Positions 1 through 10,379 of a DNA stretch of 64,000 nucleotides are shown here, piece after piece. Position numbers and translations under genes: made by a program. Numbering within the stretch: position 1 is the first letter of the stretch; each line of letters opens with the position of its first letter. The notes beneath the pieces are model-generated. The model searched no databases and was not told the DNA's origin. It was given only the letters and a program-made list of their open reading frames with translations. Origin of the DNA: a virus. The stretch lies in the IMG/VR virus record IMGVR_UViG_3300042691_039251, positions 1-64,000 of that record; one strand, written 5' to 3'.

Positions 1-2
1 GT

Positions 3-596
3 GGAACTTCAGGAACGAGTGGAAACAGTGGATCCAGTGGAACTTCAGGAACGAGTGGAAACAGTGGATCTTCGGGTACGAGCGGAAACAGTGGATCTTC
101 GGGTACGAGCGGAAACAGTGGATCCAGTGGAACTTCAGGAACGAGTGGATCTAGCGGAACTTCAGGTACACAGGGACCACAGGGGCCGCAAGGTCCAGGC
201 GGAGTCAGTGGAACTACCGATTACATTGCGAAGTTTACGGGAACTACGACTCTTGGAAACAGTAGCATGAGCCAATCGAGCAATAACATCACTGTCAATT
301 CAGGAAACATGACTGCAACTGCATTCTTCGAGAGTTCGGATGAGAGATTAAAAACTATCACATCAAGATCTATCTCGAGTGACGGCATCGATACTCTAAC
401 GTTCTTCCACAGCAGCGATCCAAGCCGAGAGAGAATCGGTTATTCTGCACAGGAAGTCAAGAGAGTCTTACCGAACGCAGTGACTGTAGATGAGAAAGGA
501 TTCATGAAAGTCGATTATAAAGACGTTCAAGCTTGGAAGATTCAAGAGCTCACTAAGAGAATTGAGGAACTTGAAAAATTGATAACACGAGGATGA
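3..596 (+). CDS. Collagen-like tail fibre protein, 3' part (5'-truncated), with C-terminal peptidase S74 chaperone
   Basis: The frame from base 3 reads [12 protein letters not shown]...[23 protein letters not shown] and runs in frame into track ORF 267..596 (SDERLK...IGYSAQEV...VDY). Track ORF 1..270 is the wrong frame. Confidence 0.85.
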   Translation, partial: GTSGTSGNSGSSGTSGTSGNSGSSGTSGNSGSSGTSGNSGSSGTSGTSGSSGTSGTQGPQGPQGPGGVSGTTDYIAKFTGTTTLGNSSMSQSSNNITVNSGNMTATAFFESSDERLKTITSRSISSDGIDTLTFFHSSDPSRERIGYSAQEVKRVLPNAVTVDEKGFMKVDYKDVQAWKIQELTKRIEELEKLITRG

Positions 597-820
597 TAAC
601 GTATTATGAACACAAGTACTCTCTTTACAAGATAAATGAGGACGCAAATCCGATAACTGTAGAGACGATCTGTAACGGACCAGGTTTTTATCATATCCAG
701 AAAATTACAAACAGGAAAATTGTAGATAGTATTCTTCTGGCTAAAGATCAATGGGCTGCCAGCAACTCCGAGACTTACGAAGCAGAGAGAGCATACGTCT
801 TAGAAATAATACAATCTTAA
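593..820 (+). CDS. Hypothetical protein
   Basis: ATGA overlap with the fibre gene; 75 aa. Confidence 0.65.
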   Translation: MITYYEHKYSLYKINEDANPITVETICNGPGFYHIQKITNRKIVDSILLAKDQWAASNSETYEAERAYVLEIIQS

Positions 821-821
821 G

Positions 822-1700
822 ATGGCGAGTTGGAGCACGTCCGGTAATAATCAAGGCATACCTAACAATACTGCATTGAATGCGATCTCGAGTAACATAT
901 TTACTGCGAAGACAACGATACCTGATAACGGACAGCTGTTGACTAAATCTAGAGCAAATCAATATCTCTATATTGATACATCCGTTGCTGGGTATGCATC
1001 TAAAACTGCCAATCAAATTGTGGTGAAAAGCAATCTCGTAGGCACGATCTCTCCTCTACCAGCTTTCTATAGCTCTTCCAGCTGTGTCGATGCATGCAAC
1101 AGCGGCTCTTCAACCACCGTTTATACTAATAATCTTGCGTTGAACGGAACTCTCTTTTCTAATCAACAGCTCACTACGCCTGCATCAGTCGGTTATTATT
1201 CAATAGGAGGAGATTGCTACCATCAAACACCGGTTCCCGTAACTGGGTTATCTTGGTCCACCACAGTAAGCAATCCCTGCAATCCTACGCCTTGGGAAAT
1301 AACCAACTCCAATTACACTATCAAATACTACGTGTCTGACTCCGTAAACTGTGGAGGAACCTGCGGTTCTACCCAATCCGGTACAGCCACCGCAACAATA
1401 ACTGTTGGTGGATCTAACGTAAATATGGGTCTAGCCTTTGAGGGTATCGGTGAATTACAAGCTGCAGATTATGAGCTAATAACATTTACGCTAGATGGCG
1501 TAGAAGTGGCTGATGCTCACGCAGCAGGCGGCGGACTGCAGTGCGCAATGGGACCTGTCGTACAGAATTTTACTGTGGCGCCTCCTTACTTTTTAGCAGC
1601 TAACACTGTTCATACCCTTCTGATTGGATTTACCACCAACGACAACCTGTATCACGTAGGTTCATATTATGAAGTTGATTTATCTTTTACAATAGCATAA
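822..1700 (+). CDS. Putative virion-associated protein (S/T/N/G-rich, Cys-containing)
   Basis: 292 aa, beta-rich composition, follows a fibre gene. Confidence 0.6.
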   Translation: MASWSTSGNNQGIPNNTALNAISSNIFTAKTTIPDNGQLLTKSRANQYLYIDTSVAGYASKTANQIVVKSNLVGTISPLPAFYSSSSCVDACNSGSSTTVYTNNLALNGTLFSNQQLTTPASVGYYSIGGDCYHQTPVPVTGLSWSTTVSNPCNPTPWEITNSNYTIKYYVSDSVNCGGTCGSTQSGTATATITVGGSNVNMGLAFEGIGELQAADYELITFTLDGVEVADAHAAGGGLQCAMGPVVQNFTVAPPYFLAANTVHTLLIGFTTNDNLYHVGSYYEVDLSFTIA

Positions 1701-1712
1701 TAAATTGACACT

Positions 1713-2087
1713 ATGCCCATAACATCAGTCATCTCATGTTCAGCTGCTCCAGCTGCTGATATATTTGTTCAGAATAGCTCTTTAGACATTTCCATCACGG
1801 GAGTGTTCGTAGATGGCATTCCCGTAACATATTCGAGCGGCACTAATTTTCCAGTCACTGCAGGCAGCAACGGTAATTTTATTACTTCTCAGACGGGTTT
1901 TGGGAAGACTGTCTCAATATCATACAGCACAAGCATATCAGGCCAAAGTATATACTTCTACGATTCTAGTTTTTTCGGTACCTGCGAGAACGCAGCTTTT
2001 GGTGGAGGCTCTTTTTCAGTGTTCGGTGCTTACATAGACTTCTCTACTGCCTCTACAGTACAAGCTTCAGATGGAGTGTGCTTCTAA
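1713..2087 (+). CDS. Putative virion-associated protein
   Basis: 124 aa, S/G/T/F-rich, beta-type composition. Confidence 0.55.
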   Translation: MPITSVISCSAAPAADIFVQNSSLDISITGVFVDGIPVTYSSGTNFPVTAGSNGNFITSQTGFGKTVSISYSTSISGQSIYFYDSSFFGTCENAAFGGGSFSVFGAYIDFSTASTVQASDGVCF

Positions 2088-2107
2088 AACATTCTAGAAA
2101 ACTTCTC

Positions 2108-2115
2108 TATAAATA
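2108..2115 (+). promoter_or_regulatory. TATAAATA late-promoter-like element
   Basis: Exact match to the T4 late promoter consensus, intergenic; related GATAAATA/GATAGATA elements recur in the window. Confidence 0.55.
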
Positions 2116-2133
2116 ACAAGCCTTTTCTCCGGC

Positions 2134-2192
2134 TGTTAGTCTTGGGTCTCATGGCCCTTGAGTAGCCCTCAAAAGCTACAAAAAGATTAGCA
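2134..2192 (+). promoter_or_regulatory. Candidate structured 5' leader RNA (three-way junction)
   Basis: 10-bp outer stem 2134-2143/2183-2192 enclosing hairpins GGGTC/GGCCC and GTAGC/GCTAC. Confidence 0.45.
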
Positions 2193-2210
2193 AAACAAAA
2201 ACAAAAAGGT

Positions 2211-2972
2211 ATGTACTACACAAACAATCCAATGTGCACTGCACACATCTCTGTCAACAAGAACAGAGTCAAAAACTACAACAAGGGTTCAGAGAATTCG
2301 GTCTATCTTCGTGACGGGCAGAACTTCGAAATCGAGCTCTTCAATCCCAAACAAAACCAAGTCTTAGCGAAGGTTCTCATCAACGGGAAACACGTCTCTA
2401 ATTCAGGCATCATCCTAAGACCTGGACAGAGAATCTTTCTCGAGAGGTTCATCGATGAGCCCAGAAAGCTCAAATTCTCAACCTATGAGGTCACTGACAA
2501 TTCACAGGTGAGAAGAGCAATTGAGAACAACGGAGACGTGGAGATCCAGTTCTACGACGAGTGGATTCCTACGACTTATTGGTACAATTCTAACGGTCAG
2601 CCGTATCAGGGACTCAATTTCACCACTACCGGAAACGTCGGCATCGGTTGTTCTAGTCCTAATTCCACTCTGACCGTCACCGGTACCACGAGCACCAGCA
2701 CTGCTTACTACACTAACACTGCTGTAGCCGGTTCGTTCACTAATTCTATTGAGACCGGGCAGGTTGAAAAAGGATCAGTTTCCAGCCAGCATTTTTCTAC
2801 TGCCTATGGAAATTTCAGCTATTATGCATCTCAGACAGAGAAAATCAAGATCTATCCAGCAAGTCTGAAGCCTGCTGAAATGACCGAAGTGAGAAACTAC
2901 TGCACCAACTGCGGAACTCGAGCAAAAAAATCAGCGTGGAAATTCTGTCCTAATTGTGGACAGAAGATCTAA
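2211..2972 (+). CDS. Hypothetical phage protein with C-terminal zinc ribbon
   Basis: 253 aa; CTNC...CPNCG at the C-terminus. Confidence 0.8.
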   Translation: MYYTNNPMCTAHISVNKNRVKNYNKGSENSVYLRDGQNFEIELFNPKQNQVLAKVLINGKHVSNSGIILRPGQRIFLERFIDEPRKLKFSTYEVTDNSQVRRAIENNGDVEIQFYDEWIPTTYWYNSNGQPYQGLNFTTTGNVGIGCSSPNSTLTVTGTTSTSTAYYTNTAVAGSFTNSIETGQVEKGSVSSQHFSTAYGNFSYYASQTEKIKIYPASLKPAEMTEVRNYCTNCGTRAKKSAWKFCPNCGQKI

Positions 2973-3002
2973 AATCTAACGGTCGAAGGAGAAAAGGCCT
3001 GG

Positions 3003-3037
3003 AAAGTTTTCCCGTTTGGGAAAACTTTTCTATTTTT
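3003..3037 (+). terminator. Intrinsic terminator-like hairpin
   Basis: AAAGTTTTCCC-GTTT-GGGAAAACTTT followed by TCTATTTTT, just after the 2972 stop. Confidence 0.5.
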
Positions 3038-3043
3038 ACATAT

Positions 3044-3328
3044 ATGATAAATGACATCTCTTTTAGAAGATTTTTACATCTAAGACAAAGTCTCTTCGAT
3101 GTTCTCCAAGAATGGGGACCATGCACTGACAAAGATGGTACTGCAGAGATCAGAGTGATCTTTGAAGGCCTCGGAGCAATTGATGGAGCCTCTTTCAATC
3201 CCTATCAAAAGACTCAATTTGAGATCACGATAGTTGGTGAAAGCCATGACGGACTCTGTTTCAGAGGAGAGAATTTTGAGAATTTGCTTGATCAATTAGA
3301 AGAGAGCATAAATAAAATGAAGAAATGA
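3044..3328 (+). CDS. Hypothetical protein
   Basis: Start moved to in-frame ATG 3044, after the hairpin; ATGA overlap with next gene. Confidence 0.65.
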   Translation: MINDISFRRFLHLRQSLFDVLQEWGPCTDKDGTAEIRVIFEGLGAIDGASFNPYQKTQFEITIVGESHDGLCFRGENFENLLDQLEESINKMKK

Positions 3329-3921
3329 AAGTAAACGTAGGTGAGAGTTTTTTTGAGTCTCTGAGAAAATTACAGAGATATGAAGCTTGGCACAATAGAA
3401 TGTGGCGAGCACTCACACGAGATTTTTGGACTTTTTTGAAGAACGTTTGGAAGTTCAGACAGGAGCTCTGGAGCCACCGCTGGTGGGACTATAGCTTTAC
3501 TCTACAGATGATCCGTAGAAGCCTCATTATCATGGAAAAGGACATGCACCGTGGAATGGAGGTAAGAGAGACCAGAGAGAAGAAGATAGAAAAGATGCAG
3601 AGAGCAATTCAAATCCTCGATAACATCATCGAAAGCCGGTACATTGACATGGCTGAAGAACAATTAGGGCCTCTCTACCGTACAGAATTAGATTTTGCTC
3701 CGGTCGAAGGCAGTCCAGATCTTTTTCAAATAGTAGACAATGAAACTCCTGAAGAAAAAAGTCACAACAGTAAAGTCTACGAAAGATCGGTGGAAATTGA
3801 GAACCAAGAGTGGAAAGAGCTATGGGAGATTTTTCAGGGACAAGACTATGATAAATTTAATAAAGATATCGACTGGACAGAACAATTCGACGGTTCTGGA
3901 TTAAAAGGTTGGTGGGACTAA
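3325..3921 (+). CDS. Hypothetical phage protein (Trp-rich; WWDY...GWWD)
   Basis: 198 aa ORF in operon context. Confidence 0.75.
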   Translation: MKVNVGESFFESLRKLQRYEAWHNRMWRALTRDFWTFLKNVWKFRQELWSHRWWDYSFTLQMIRRSLIIMEKDMHRGMEVRETREKKIEKMQRAIQILDNIIESRYIDMAEEQLGPLYRTELDFAPVEGSPDLFQIVDNETPEEKSHNSKVYERSVEIENQEWKELWEIFQGQDYDKFNKDIDWTEQFDGSGLKGWWD

Positions 3922-3933
3922 TAAAGATAGGAT

Positions 3934-4266
3934 ATGAATAAAAAAATGATTAGAGAATCTGACTTAGAAAAATTAGAAGAAGCTGCACAGCGAGGATCAG
4001 AAGAGATCATCGAACTTTCCAAACGACACTTTTGGAACAATTTGATCATAATTGGATTCAGCTTATATGCTGTTCTCTATTCTATCTTCACAGCTTATCC
4101 CAGGAGAGAAATGATCTGGGTCGCAATGATAGCAGTTCTCATAGCATCTGGAGAAAGATTCTACATACAACGCAAAATTAAAAAGAAGATCGTTGATCTC
4201 ACGACATTTTCGATGATCATAGATTTTTTAAAAAGAAGAAGAAATGAAAGTTCTTACAATAGGTGA
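3934..4266 (+). CDS. Hypothetical membrane protein
   Basis: Two hydrophobic segments. Confidence 0.7.
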   Translation: MNKKMIRESDLEKLEEAAQRGSEEIIELSKRHFWNNLIIIGFSLYAVLYSIFTAYPRREMIWVAMIAVLIASGERFYIQRKIKKKIVDLTTFSMIIDFLKRRRNESSYNR

Positions 4267-5056
4267 CATTCACGGAGACGACTGGTGGAAATCTGTAATT
4301 TTTGGAGCAGAACTCTTATACAGTTCCTTTAGAGAAAACAACAACATCAGCCACGATAATTTCAAATTCATCAAAGATGGTTTGGAAGTAGTCTTTGTCG
4401 GAGATTATGTCGATTCACATCACATTCCCAACCACGAAGTTCTCGAAAACTTGAGAGACATCGTTCATCTGGCTCGAAGTTTTCCAGATAGAGTGACACT
4501 CCTTTTAGGGAACCATGATATTCAATACATTGATACCAAGTATCGTTGCAGCGGATTCAGGGCTGAGCTTCTCCATGATTATAAAGAAATCTTTGAGACA
4601 AATAGAGACATCTTCAAACCTGCTTTCATGTTCGGCAACTATCTGGTCAGCCACGCAGGAGTCACTCAACGCCTCTGGAATATCTGCGAGAAGAAATTGA
4701 GAGAATCAAAACACCTCTACGACTATAACGATCCTGAAAAAACTATCGCGGATCACCTTAACTTTCTCTTTGAGATTAGATTTGAACCACTCTTCTACGC
4801 AGGGTGGGCTCGAGGCGGAATCTCTTCCACTCCAGGGATCTTCTGGGCTGATCAGAGAGAACTCATCGCAGATCCTCTTGCTGGATATTCCCAGATAGTA
4901 GGCCACACCCGCCAAAAAGAAAAGAATACTGTAGCCATTGAAGGTGGACATACTCTCCACTTTATCGATGTAGGTTCTAGAGATTCACACGACATTTTCG
5001 ACGTTGACACAAAAACAAAAGTCAGCAATCCTTCAACTAGAGGAATGAAGTATTAG
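4244..5056 (+). CDS. Metallophosphoesterase (calcineurin-like)
   Basis: GDIHG, GDYVD, GNHD, SHAG and GHT motifs. Confidence 0.9.
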   Translation: MKVLTIGDIHGDDWWKSVIFGAELLYSSFRENNNISHDNFKFIKDGLEVVFVGDYVDSHHIPNHEVLENLRDIVHLARSFPDRVTLLLGNHDIQYIDTKYRCSGFRAELLHDYKEIFETNRDIFKPAFMFGNYLVSHAGVTQRLWNICEKKLRESKHLYDYNDPEKTIADHLNFLFEIRFEPLFYAGWARGGISSTPGIFWADQRELIADPLAGYSQIVGHTRQKEKNTVAIEGGHTLHFIDVGSRDSHDIFDVDTKTKVSNPSTRGMKY

Positions 5057-5087
5057 AAACTTTTCTCAATCTTCTTATAGAAGATAT

Positions 5088-7013
5088 ATGAGAATAGCTT
5101 TCATCACTCCACATCTATCTACTGGAGGAATGCCTGAATATGTGCGGAGAAGCATTGAACTGATTGACAGGAAAGATCACGAAATCCTGTTGATTGAGAT
5201 GCGGACCGAGAAGATCCTAGATGCAGTCCGAAAGAGAGTCCTCGATCTCGAGGGCATACGCCTCTTTTCTGCTGAGAAGAGCACAATCAAAGCAATCGAG
5301 GAAATAGAACTCTTTGATCCTGAAGTGATCCATTTCACGGAACCTTCAGAGCAGACGATGGATCCTACGTATCTCGATCGGATCTATTGCACCGAAAGAA
5401 AGTGGAAGATCTTTGAGACCTGTCACGATTCTTCGTACCCTCTACCCTCTAAAAAATTCATGCCTGATAAGTTCTTGTTAGTCAGTCCTTTTCAGGTAAA
5501 GATGCTACAGTCTTTAGGGATTCCAGCTGAGCTCATCCAATACGACGTTCCAACTCTTGAAAAAAGGGATCGCGCTGAGACTCTTCAAAAATTGGGACTC
5601 GATCCTCAGAAGAAACACATCTTTCAATTTGGCATCTTTTCTCCCAGAAAAAATCAGAGTGAGACTGTGGAGATTGCTTCTCTGATGTTAGAAGAACCAG
5701 TTCAATTCCATTTTGTAGGAAACACTGCTGACAGCTATTCTTTCTATTGGAACCCCATCTTGGACAAGCTCCCTAAAAATTGTACATTTTGGGGTGAGCA
5801 TAAAGACGTCCAGCAATTCTATTCTATTGCAGATCTCGTCATCTTTCCTTCTATTGAGATCATAGACGATAAAGAGACTAATCCGTTAGTGATCAAAGAG
5901 ACAATTGCTTATGAGATACCTCTCCTCGTAAAAGACACTCCTGTCTATTTAGGAATGTATCCTGAAGGAGATCTAGTCTACCACATGAAATCAAGCAATG
6001 TCGAAAATGCAAAGCTCATCTCAGAAATTCTTAATTTTGAACAAAAACCAAATATGATAACTCTCAGCTTTAACGGCAAGGACAACACCCTCGAAGTCAC
6101 TTCTAAAAATCCCATCGGAAAAGCAGTGGTGGCAGTCAAGGACATAGACTCAGAAGTTCCAATCTATTCTTTTGACGTAAACTTTGAAAACCCAGGCTCT
6201 GCTTGGTGGTGCAAACCTATTCCCATCAACCACTACGATTTTCAGAACAATCCCAATTTCACAGGCTTCTTAGTACAGGTCTACTCAGAGGATAAAAAAG
6301 AGCTCTTAGGTGAGGCTACTCACATCATTAAAGAACACCAGGTCAAGAGGAGAATTCCAGGGATCGATAATTTCGAGCCGCTCTTCATCAATTATGAACA
6401 ATTTTTCGTGGATCGAATCTACGACGGATTCTTCTCTGGAGAGAGGATGGAAAAAATCATAGACGTAGGAGCCAACGTAGGACTCTTCACTCAGTGGGCT
6501 TTAGACCGTTTCGGAAGAGATTCTAAAGTCTTGGCATTCGAACCTCATCCTGGAGCAATAACAGCTTTTAAGAAGATACATGGAGACAAAGAAAATGTTG
6601 AATTGATTGAAGGTGCTGCTGCTCACTTTGAAGGCTCTTTGGAACTAGGCATTGATCCAAACAATTCTACGGTGTCTTCGATCAGCAAGAAAGAAAACGT
6701 CATCAAAGTTCCTGCATTTAAGATTTTGAATGAGATGAAGAAGAGAGGCTGGCTTTCAGCCGATCTTCTCAAAATAGACATTGAGGGCGCAGAATATGAT
6801 CTCATTGATGAGATGGAAGAATTTCCTTTTGAGAATCTCTTGATAGAATTCCACGACACCAAGCAAGATTGCGGACACTGTGCAGCCAACAAATTAAAAG
6901 AGAAACTAGAAACATTCGGCTACAAAGTCGATATGAGAAAAGAGGATACGAGATTTAGAGCTTCATCAGCAGACGTGAAGGGAGTCATCATCGCAAAACA
7001 AACTGGAAAATGA
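5088..7013 (+). CDS. GT4-like glycosyltransferase fused to FkbM-family methyltransferase
   Basis: N-terminal HLSTGGMP, PRKNQ, ETNPLVIKE; C-terminal IDVGANVG, AFEP, KIDIEGAE, IEFH. Confidence 0.85.
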   Translation: MRIAFITPHLSTGGMPEYVRRSIELIDRKDHEILLIEMRTEKILDAVRKRVLDLEGIRLFSAEKSTIKAIEEIELFDPEVIHFTEPSEQTMDPTYLDRIYCTERKWKIFETCHDSSYPLPSKKFMPDKFLLVSPFQVKMLQSLGIPAELIQYDVPTLEKRDRAETLQKLGLDPQKKHIFQFGIFSPRKNQSETVEIASLMLEEPVQFHFVGNTADSYSFYWNPILDKLPKNCTFWGEHKDVQQFYSIADLVIFPSIEIIDDKETNPLVIKETIAYEIPLLVKDTPVYLGMYPEGDLVYHMKSSNVENAKLISEILNFEQKPNMITLSFNGKDNTLEVTSKNPIGKAVVAVKDIDSEVPIYSFDVNFENPGSAWWCKPIPINHYDFQNNPNFTGFLVQVYSEDKKELLGEATHIIKEHQVKRRIPGIDNFEPLFINYEQFFVDRIYDGFFSGERMEKIIDVGANVGLFTQWALDRFGRDSKVLAFEPHPGAITAFKKIHGDKENVELIEGAAAHFEGSLELGIDPNNSTVSSISKKENVIKVPAFKILNEMKKRGWLSADLLKIDIEGAEYDLIDEMEEFPFENLLIEFHDTKQDCGHCAANKLKEKLETFGYKVDMRKEDTRFRASSADVKGVIIAKQTGK

Positions 7014-8107
7014 AAGAGATATTTTTAATTGACGCATATCTAAATACTGAAAAGAGCAAAATAGTCTTCAGAGAATCAATGACCCGGGTGAAAGAAGCCG
7101 GCTTTAAGATATGTCTGATCACAAATCTTCGCCCTGACGCAGACATTTTAAGTTTTGTCGATTACTGTTTTTTCGAAGACGAGAACAGAATCTTCTCTAC
7201 TGAATTTGAAGAGTACCCTAACATCATGATCACGGCACGTAGAAATGGCGTGACTCTTATTTCTGAATCTGATCACAAACAAAAACACTCTCTATCAGTT
7301 CACGTCAATCTGTACAGAGGAATGGAGATTCTCAAGTCTCTGGGTTACACTCATTTCTATAGAATGGAATATGATGGCCTCATCGATCCCAATGAATATC
7401 AGAAAGTCAGAGATCTTCCAAAGACGTTAGAAGGAAAGAGAGCTCTTTTCTATCGTGATAAAAAGAACATGCACATCTTCTACCACCTCTGGTTCGCTGA
7501 GATTGAATGGATGCTTGAAGCAATGACTCCGATTAGAACTGAAGAAGATTTTGTAAAGAGAGTAACGGAACTTGCAGGTAAGAAGAAGTTTCTTCCCGCT
7601 GAAGAATATCTCTCTTTGGATTTAGCTCATCGATACGATGAGGTTCTGCTTTTAGATACTGTTGATAACAGCATCAACTTTGAATTTCCTCTATCTAGAT
7701 GGAATAACGTGATCAGCGATCACACCAATGAGAAATTTAAGAAAGGCTTCTACGGAGGAATCTTTAGAATCGGTAGGGAGACTGAACAAGGAGTCCATAT
7801 CAGAGGAGATAAAGGTGCTGTCGTAGCTTGGAACCTAAACAGCCCTGATAGCAATTGGACAGAGGTAATCTTCTACAATAAAGAAGGCGGAGTTGACAGC
7901 AGTCTTAAGCTCGAACTCGAACAGGGAGAAGGCTGGAAGGCACAGTTCTTTGAATTTACCGAAGACTGCGAAGTTGAGGTCAGGCTGAGCAATGGTGAAA
8001 ATTATGCATTCTTGCTCTGTAAGAATTTTTTGAAGAAAACAAGAGACACAATATATTTGAATGAAGATAGCTCAGATCAACCCGGGTCTTCTCCCGATCC
8101 CGCCTAA
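7010..8107 (+). CDS. Hypothetical protein, possibly GT-A-like
   Basis: 365 aa, ATGA-coupled inside the GT operon; MEYD acidic motif. Confidence 0.7.
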   Translation: MKEIFLIDAYLNTEKSKIVFRESMTRVKEAGFKICLITNLRPDADILSFVDYCFFEDENRIFSTEFEEYPNIMITARRNGVTLISESDHKQKHSLSVHVNLYRGMEILKSLGYTHFYRMEYDGLIDPNEYQKVRDLPKTLEGKRALFYRDKKNMHIFYHLWFAEIEWMLEAMTPIRTEEDFVKRVTELAGKKKFLPAEEYLSLDLAHRYDEVLLLDTVDNSINFEFPLSRWNNVISDHTNEKFKKGFYGGIFRIGRETEQGVHIRGDKGAVVAWNLNSPDSNWTEVIFYNKEGGVDSSLKLELEQGEGWKAQFFEFTEDCEVEVRLSNGENYAFLLCKNFLKKTRDTIYLNEDSSDQPGSSPDPA

Positions 8108-10379
8108 CGGTTGGGGCGCAGTAGAAAAGATCATTTGGGAATACACTCAAGTCCTCAGAAACGCCGGCCACCAAGTCGACATTAAGTATTTGAACGAGAT
8201 ACATCCGGGAGAATACGATGTCGTACATGTTCACATGGCTAATCTCGCTCTCGAGCTAAAAGAAAAAGGCATCCCTTATTTCTTTTCGATGCACGACCAT
8301 CATGCTTATTGGTGGGGTAAGGAGTCTGGCTGCTTCCAGAACAACTTGGCTGCGATAGAAGGTTCAGTCCTTTCTTTCGTCCACGCTCAATTCTTGGTCG
8401 GCTATTTCGGTAGCTCTAAAGCAGTCTATTTAGAACACGGAGTCAACATAAAAGAGTACGCCTTTGTAGAAAGAGAAAGAAGAGAGAAAAAGCTTCTCTG
8501 TCTTGCTAACAATGGATTGATCAATGATCAAAGTCATGACAGAAAAGGATTCAGGTTCGCGATCGAAGCTGCTCGAAAATTGAATCTACCGATCACTGTA
8601 GCTGGACCTCAGAACAATAAGAAATTCTTTGATGCAAATCCTGATCTTCTCCAATACGGAAGGCTAAAAATACTTTACGATCTCGATCAAAAAGAATCGG
8701 TAGAGCTCTTTCAAGACCACGACATCTTTCTACATCCTTCTGAGCTCGAGGCAGGGCATCCAAATTTAACACTGTTAGAAGCAGCAGCGACAGGAATGCC
8801 TATCGTAGGTTGCATGGAATCTCCTATGGAAGGCTTGATTCTTGCTTCTCGCAATTCAGACGAATTTGCTTCTAAGATCAGAGAAGCTGTTGATGAATAT
8901 CCTCTATTGACCAGGCTCTCTCGAGAAAATGCAGAATATCATTCTTGGGAAGTCGTCTGCTCTAAAATGCTCGAACACTACGAAGACTCTTTAGGGTGGA
9001 AGATGGGAGAAAAGTTGATCAAGACTTATGAAAGTACTCCGATCAAAGAAAGGAGAGAAAAAAGCTCTGATCAATTAATAGTCAAATTTGGGTTGAGACC
9101 TGACTACATCAAGATCAACACAGAGGTAGGAATTCCTGGAGCTGGAATTGCAGTTCTCTACAAAGACAAGGGTCAAGTAGTTCACTATGTCGATCACGGA
9201 AAAGAATCTCGTAAGTGGTCAGCTTACTCTCATCAAGGAACATGGAGAGAATGGGAGATAGTTTTCAAGAACGGATCTGAAATCTTGAAAACTTTTAAGA
9301 TGGATCTTCGAGGAAAGTTGGTAGGTCTTTCTGGTGATTTTGATATTGTAGGTCTTCTATCTTTTGTCCAAGAGAAAGGATGCGTACCGATCATCATCGA
9401 TAAGTTACCGAATGAAAAGAAAATTCTTCTCAGAGAGCACGGGATTGCTTTTTCAGAAAGGAGCACCAAATTAGATTATTGGTTCAGCTGGGAGACTATC
9501 AAAAACTGGAGAGAAAAAAGAGAATTAGATGTCTCGGTTTCACAAAAAACTCTAATACATCTTAGAAGCAGAGCTCTAGGAGATACGATAGCATTCGTAG
9601 AATCTTGTAGAGATTGGAGAGAAAAGCACGATATCAAGCCGACAGTTGCAATCAACCCGGCTTTCATTGAACTTTTCAAAGGGCACGACTTAGACTTTAT
9701 CGATCAGAACAGTTTGAATCCATCTCTCTATTCTGACATCATCTTATCAGACTATCATTTTGATACTGAGCTGCAATACGGATTCCAACGAGATCTAGGA
9801 TTAGAATTGAAGAAGAGAAGACCGAAGATCGATTTCAGTCCTAAAGAAAGACCTATCAAAGGAAAATACATCTGTTTCAGCACTCATTCCACAGCTCAAT
9901 GTAAATACTGGAACTATCCTGACGGTTGGGAAATTCTCTGTAAGATGTTGAGAAGAGTAGGCATCACTCCAGTCTGCATCGACAGACACGAATCTTTCGG
10001 AATAGAAGGCCACTGGAATCCAGTACCTAAGTCTTCAGTGAAGAGGTTAGGAATGAACTTCAACGACATGATGAATCACCTCCACCACGCTGAAATCTAC
10101 GTCGGTCTCGGTAGTGGCCATTCTTGGTTGGCACATTCTTTAGGAAAAGAGACTGTGATGATCATAGGACCTACTTCGGGAGAATATGAAGAAGACAATT
10201 ACAAGATTCAAAATACTAACGTCTGCCACGGATGTTTCAACAAACCTCATTTGCACGCCTTCGATCCAGGAGATTGGATGTGGTGTCCTATAAATAAAGG
10301 CACCGAACGCCAACATGAGTGCACAAAGACAATCACTCCTGAAGAAGTGTACGAACAAATAATGGAACTTGTATGTTAG
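8061..10379 (+). CDS. GT4 domain fused to Aah/TibC-like (BAHT) protein O-heptosyltransferase domain
   Basis: N-terminal PPNGWGAVE and EAGHPNLTLLEA (GT4). C-terminal ALGDTI, STAQCKYWN, GLGSGHSWLA and iron-finger C-x2-C-x16-C-x11-C (CHGC..WMWCP..HECTKTI). Confidence 0.8.
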   Translation: MKIAQINPGLLPIPPNGWGAVEKIIWEYTQVLRNAGHQVDIKYLNEIHPGEYDVVHVHMANLALELKEKGIPYFFSMHDHHAYWWGKESGCFQNNLAAIEGSVLSFVHAQFLVGYFGSSKAVYLEHGVNIKEYAFVERERREKKLLCLANNGLINDQSHDRKGFRFAIEAARKLNLPITVAGPQNNKKFFDANPDLLQYGRLKILYDLDQKESVELFQDHDIFLHPSELEAGHPNLTLLEAAATGMPIVGCMESPMEGLILASRNSDEFASKIREAVDEYPLLTRLSRENAEYHSWEVVCSKMLEHYEDSLGWKMGEKLIKTYESTPIKERREKSSDQLIVKFGLRPDYIKINTEVGIPGAGIAVLYKDKGQVVHYVDHGKESRKWSAYSHQGTWREWEIVFKNGSEILKTFKMDLRGKLVGLSGDFDIVGLLSFVQEKGCVPIIIDKLPNEKKILLREHGIAFSERSTKLDYWFSWETIKNWREKRELDVSVSQKTLIHLRSRALGDTIAFVESCRDWREKHDIKPTVAINPAFIELFKGHDLDFIDQNSLNPSLYSDIILSDYHFDTELQYGFQRDLGLELKKRRPKIDFSPKERPIKGKYICFSTHSTAQCKYWNYPDGWEILCKMLRRVGITPVCIDRHESFGIEGHWNPVPKSSVKRLGMNFNDMMNHLHHAEIYVGLGSGHSWLAHSLGKETVMIIGPTSGEYEEDNYKIQNTNVCHGCFNKPHLHAFDPGDWMWCPINKGTERQHECTKTITPEEVYEQIMELVC

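Noticed and set aside
1-270. Track ORF MELQERVETVD...
   Set aside because: Shifted-frame shadow of the GTS repeats; the real frame starts at base 3 and joins 267..596.
2631-2684. Fibre-like GNVGIGCSSPNSTLTV motif inside the zinc-ribbon protein
   Set aside because: A single short match in a low-complexity Thr-rich linker; may be chance.
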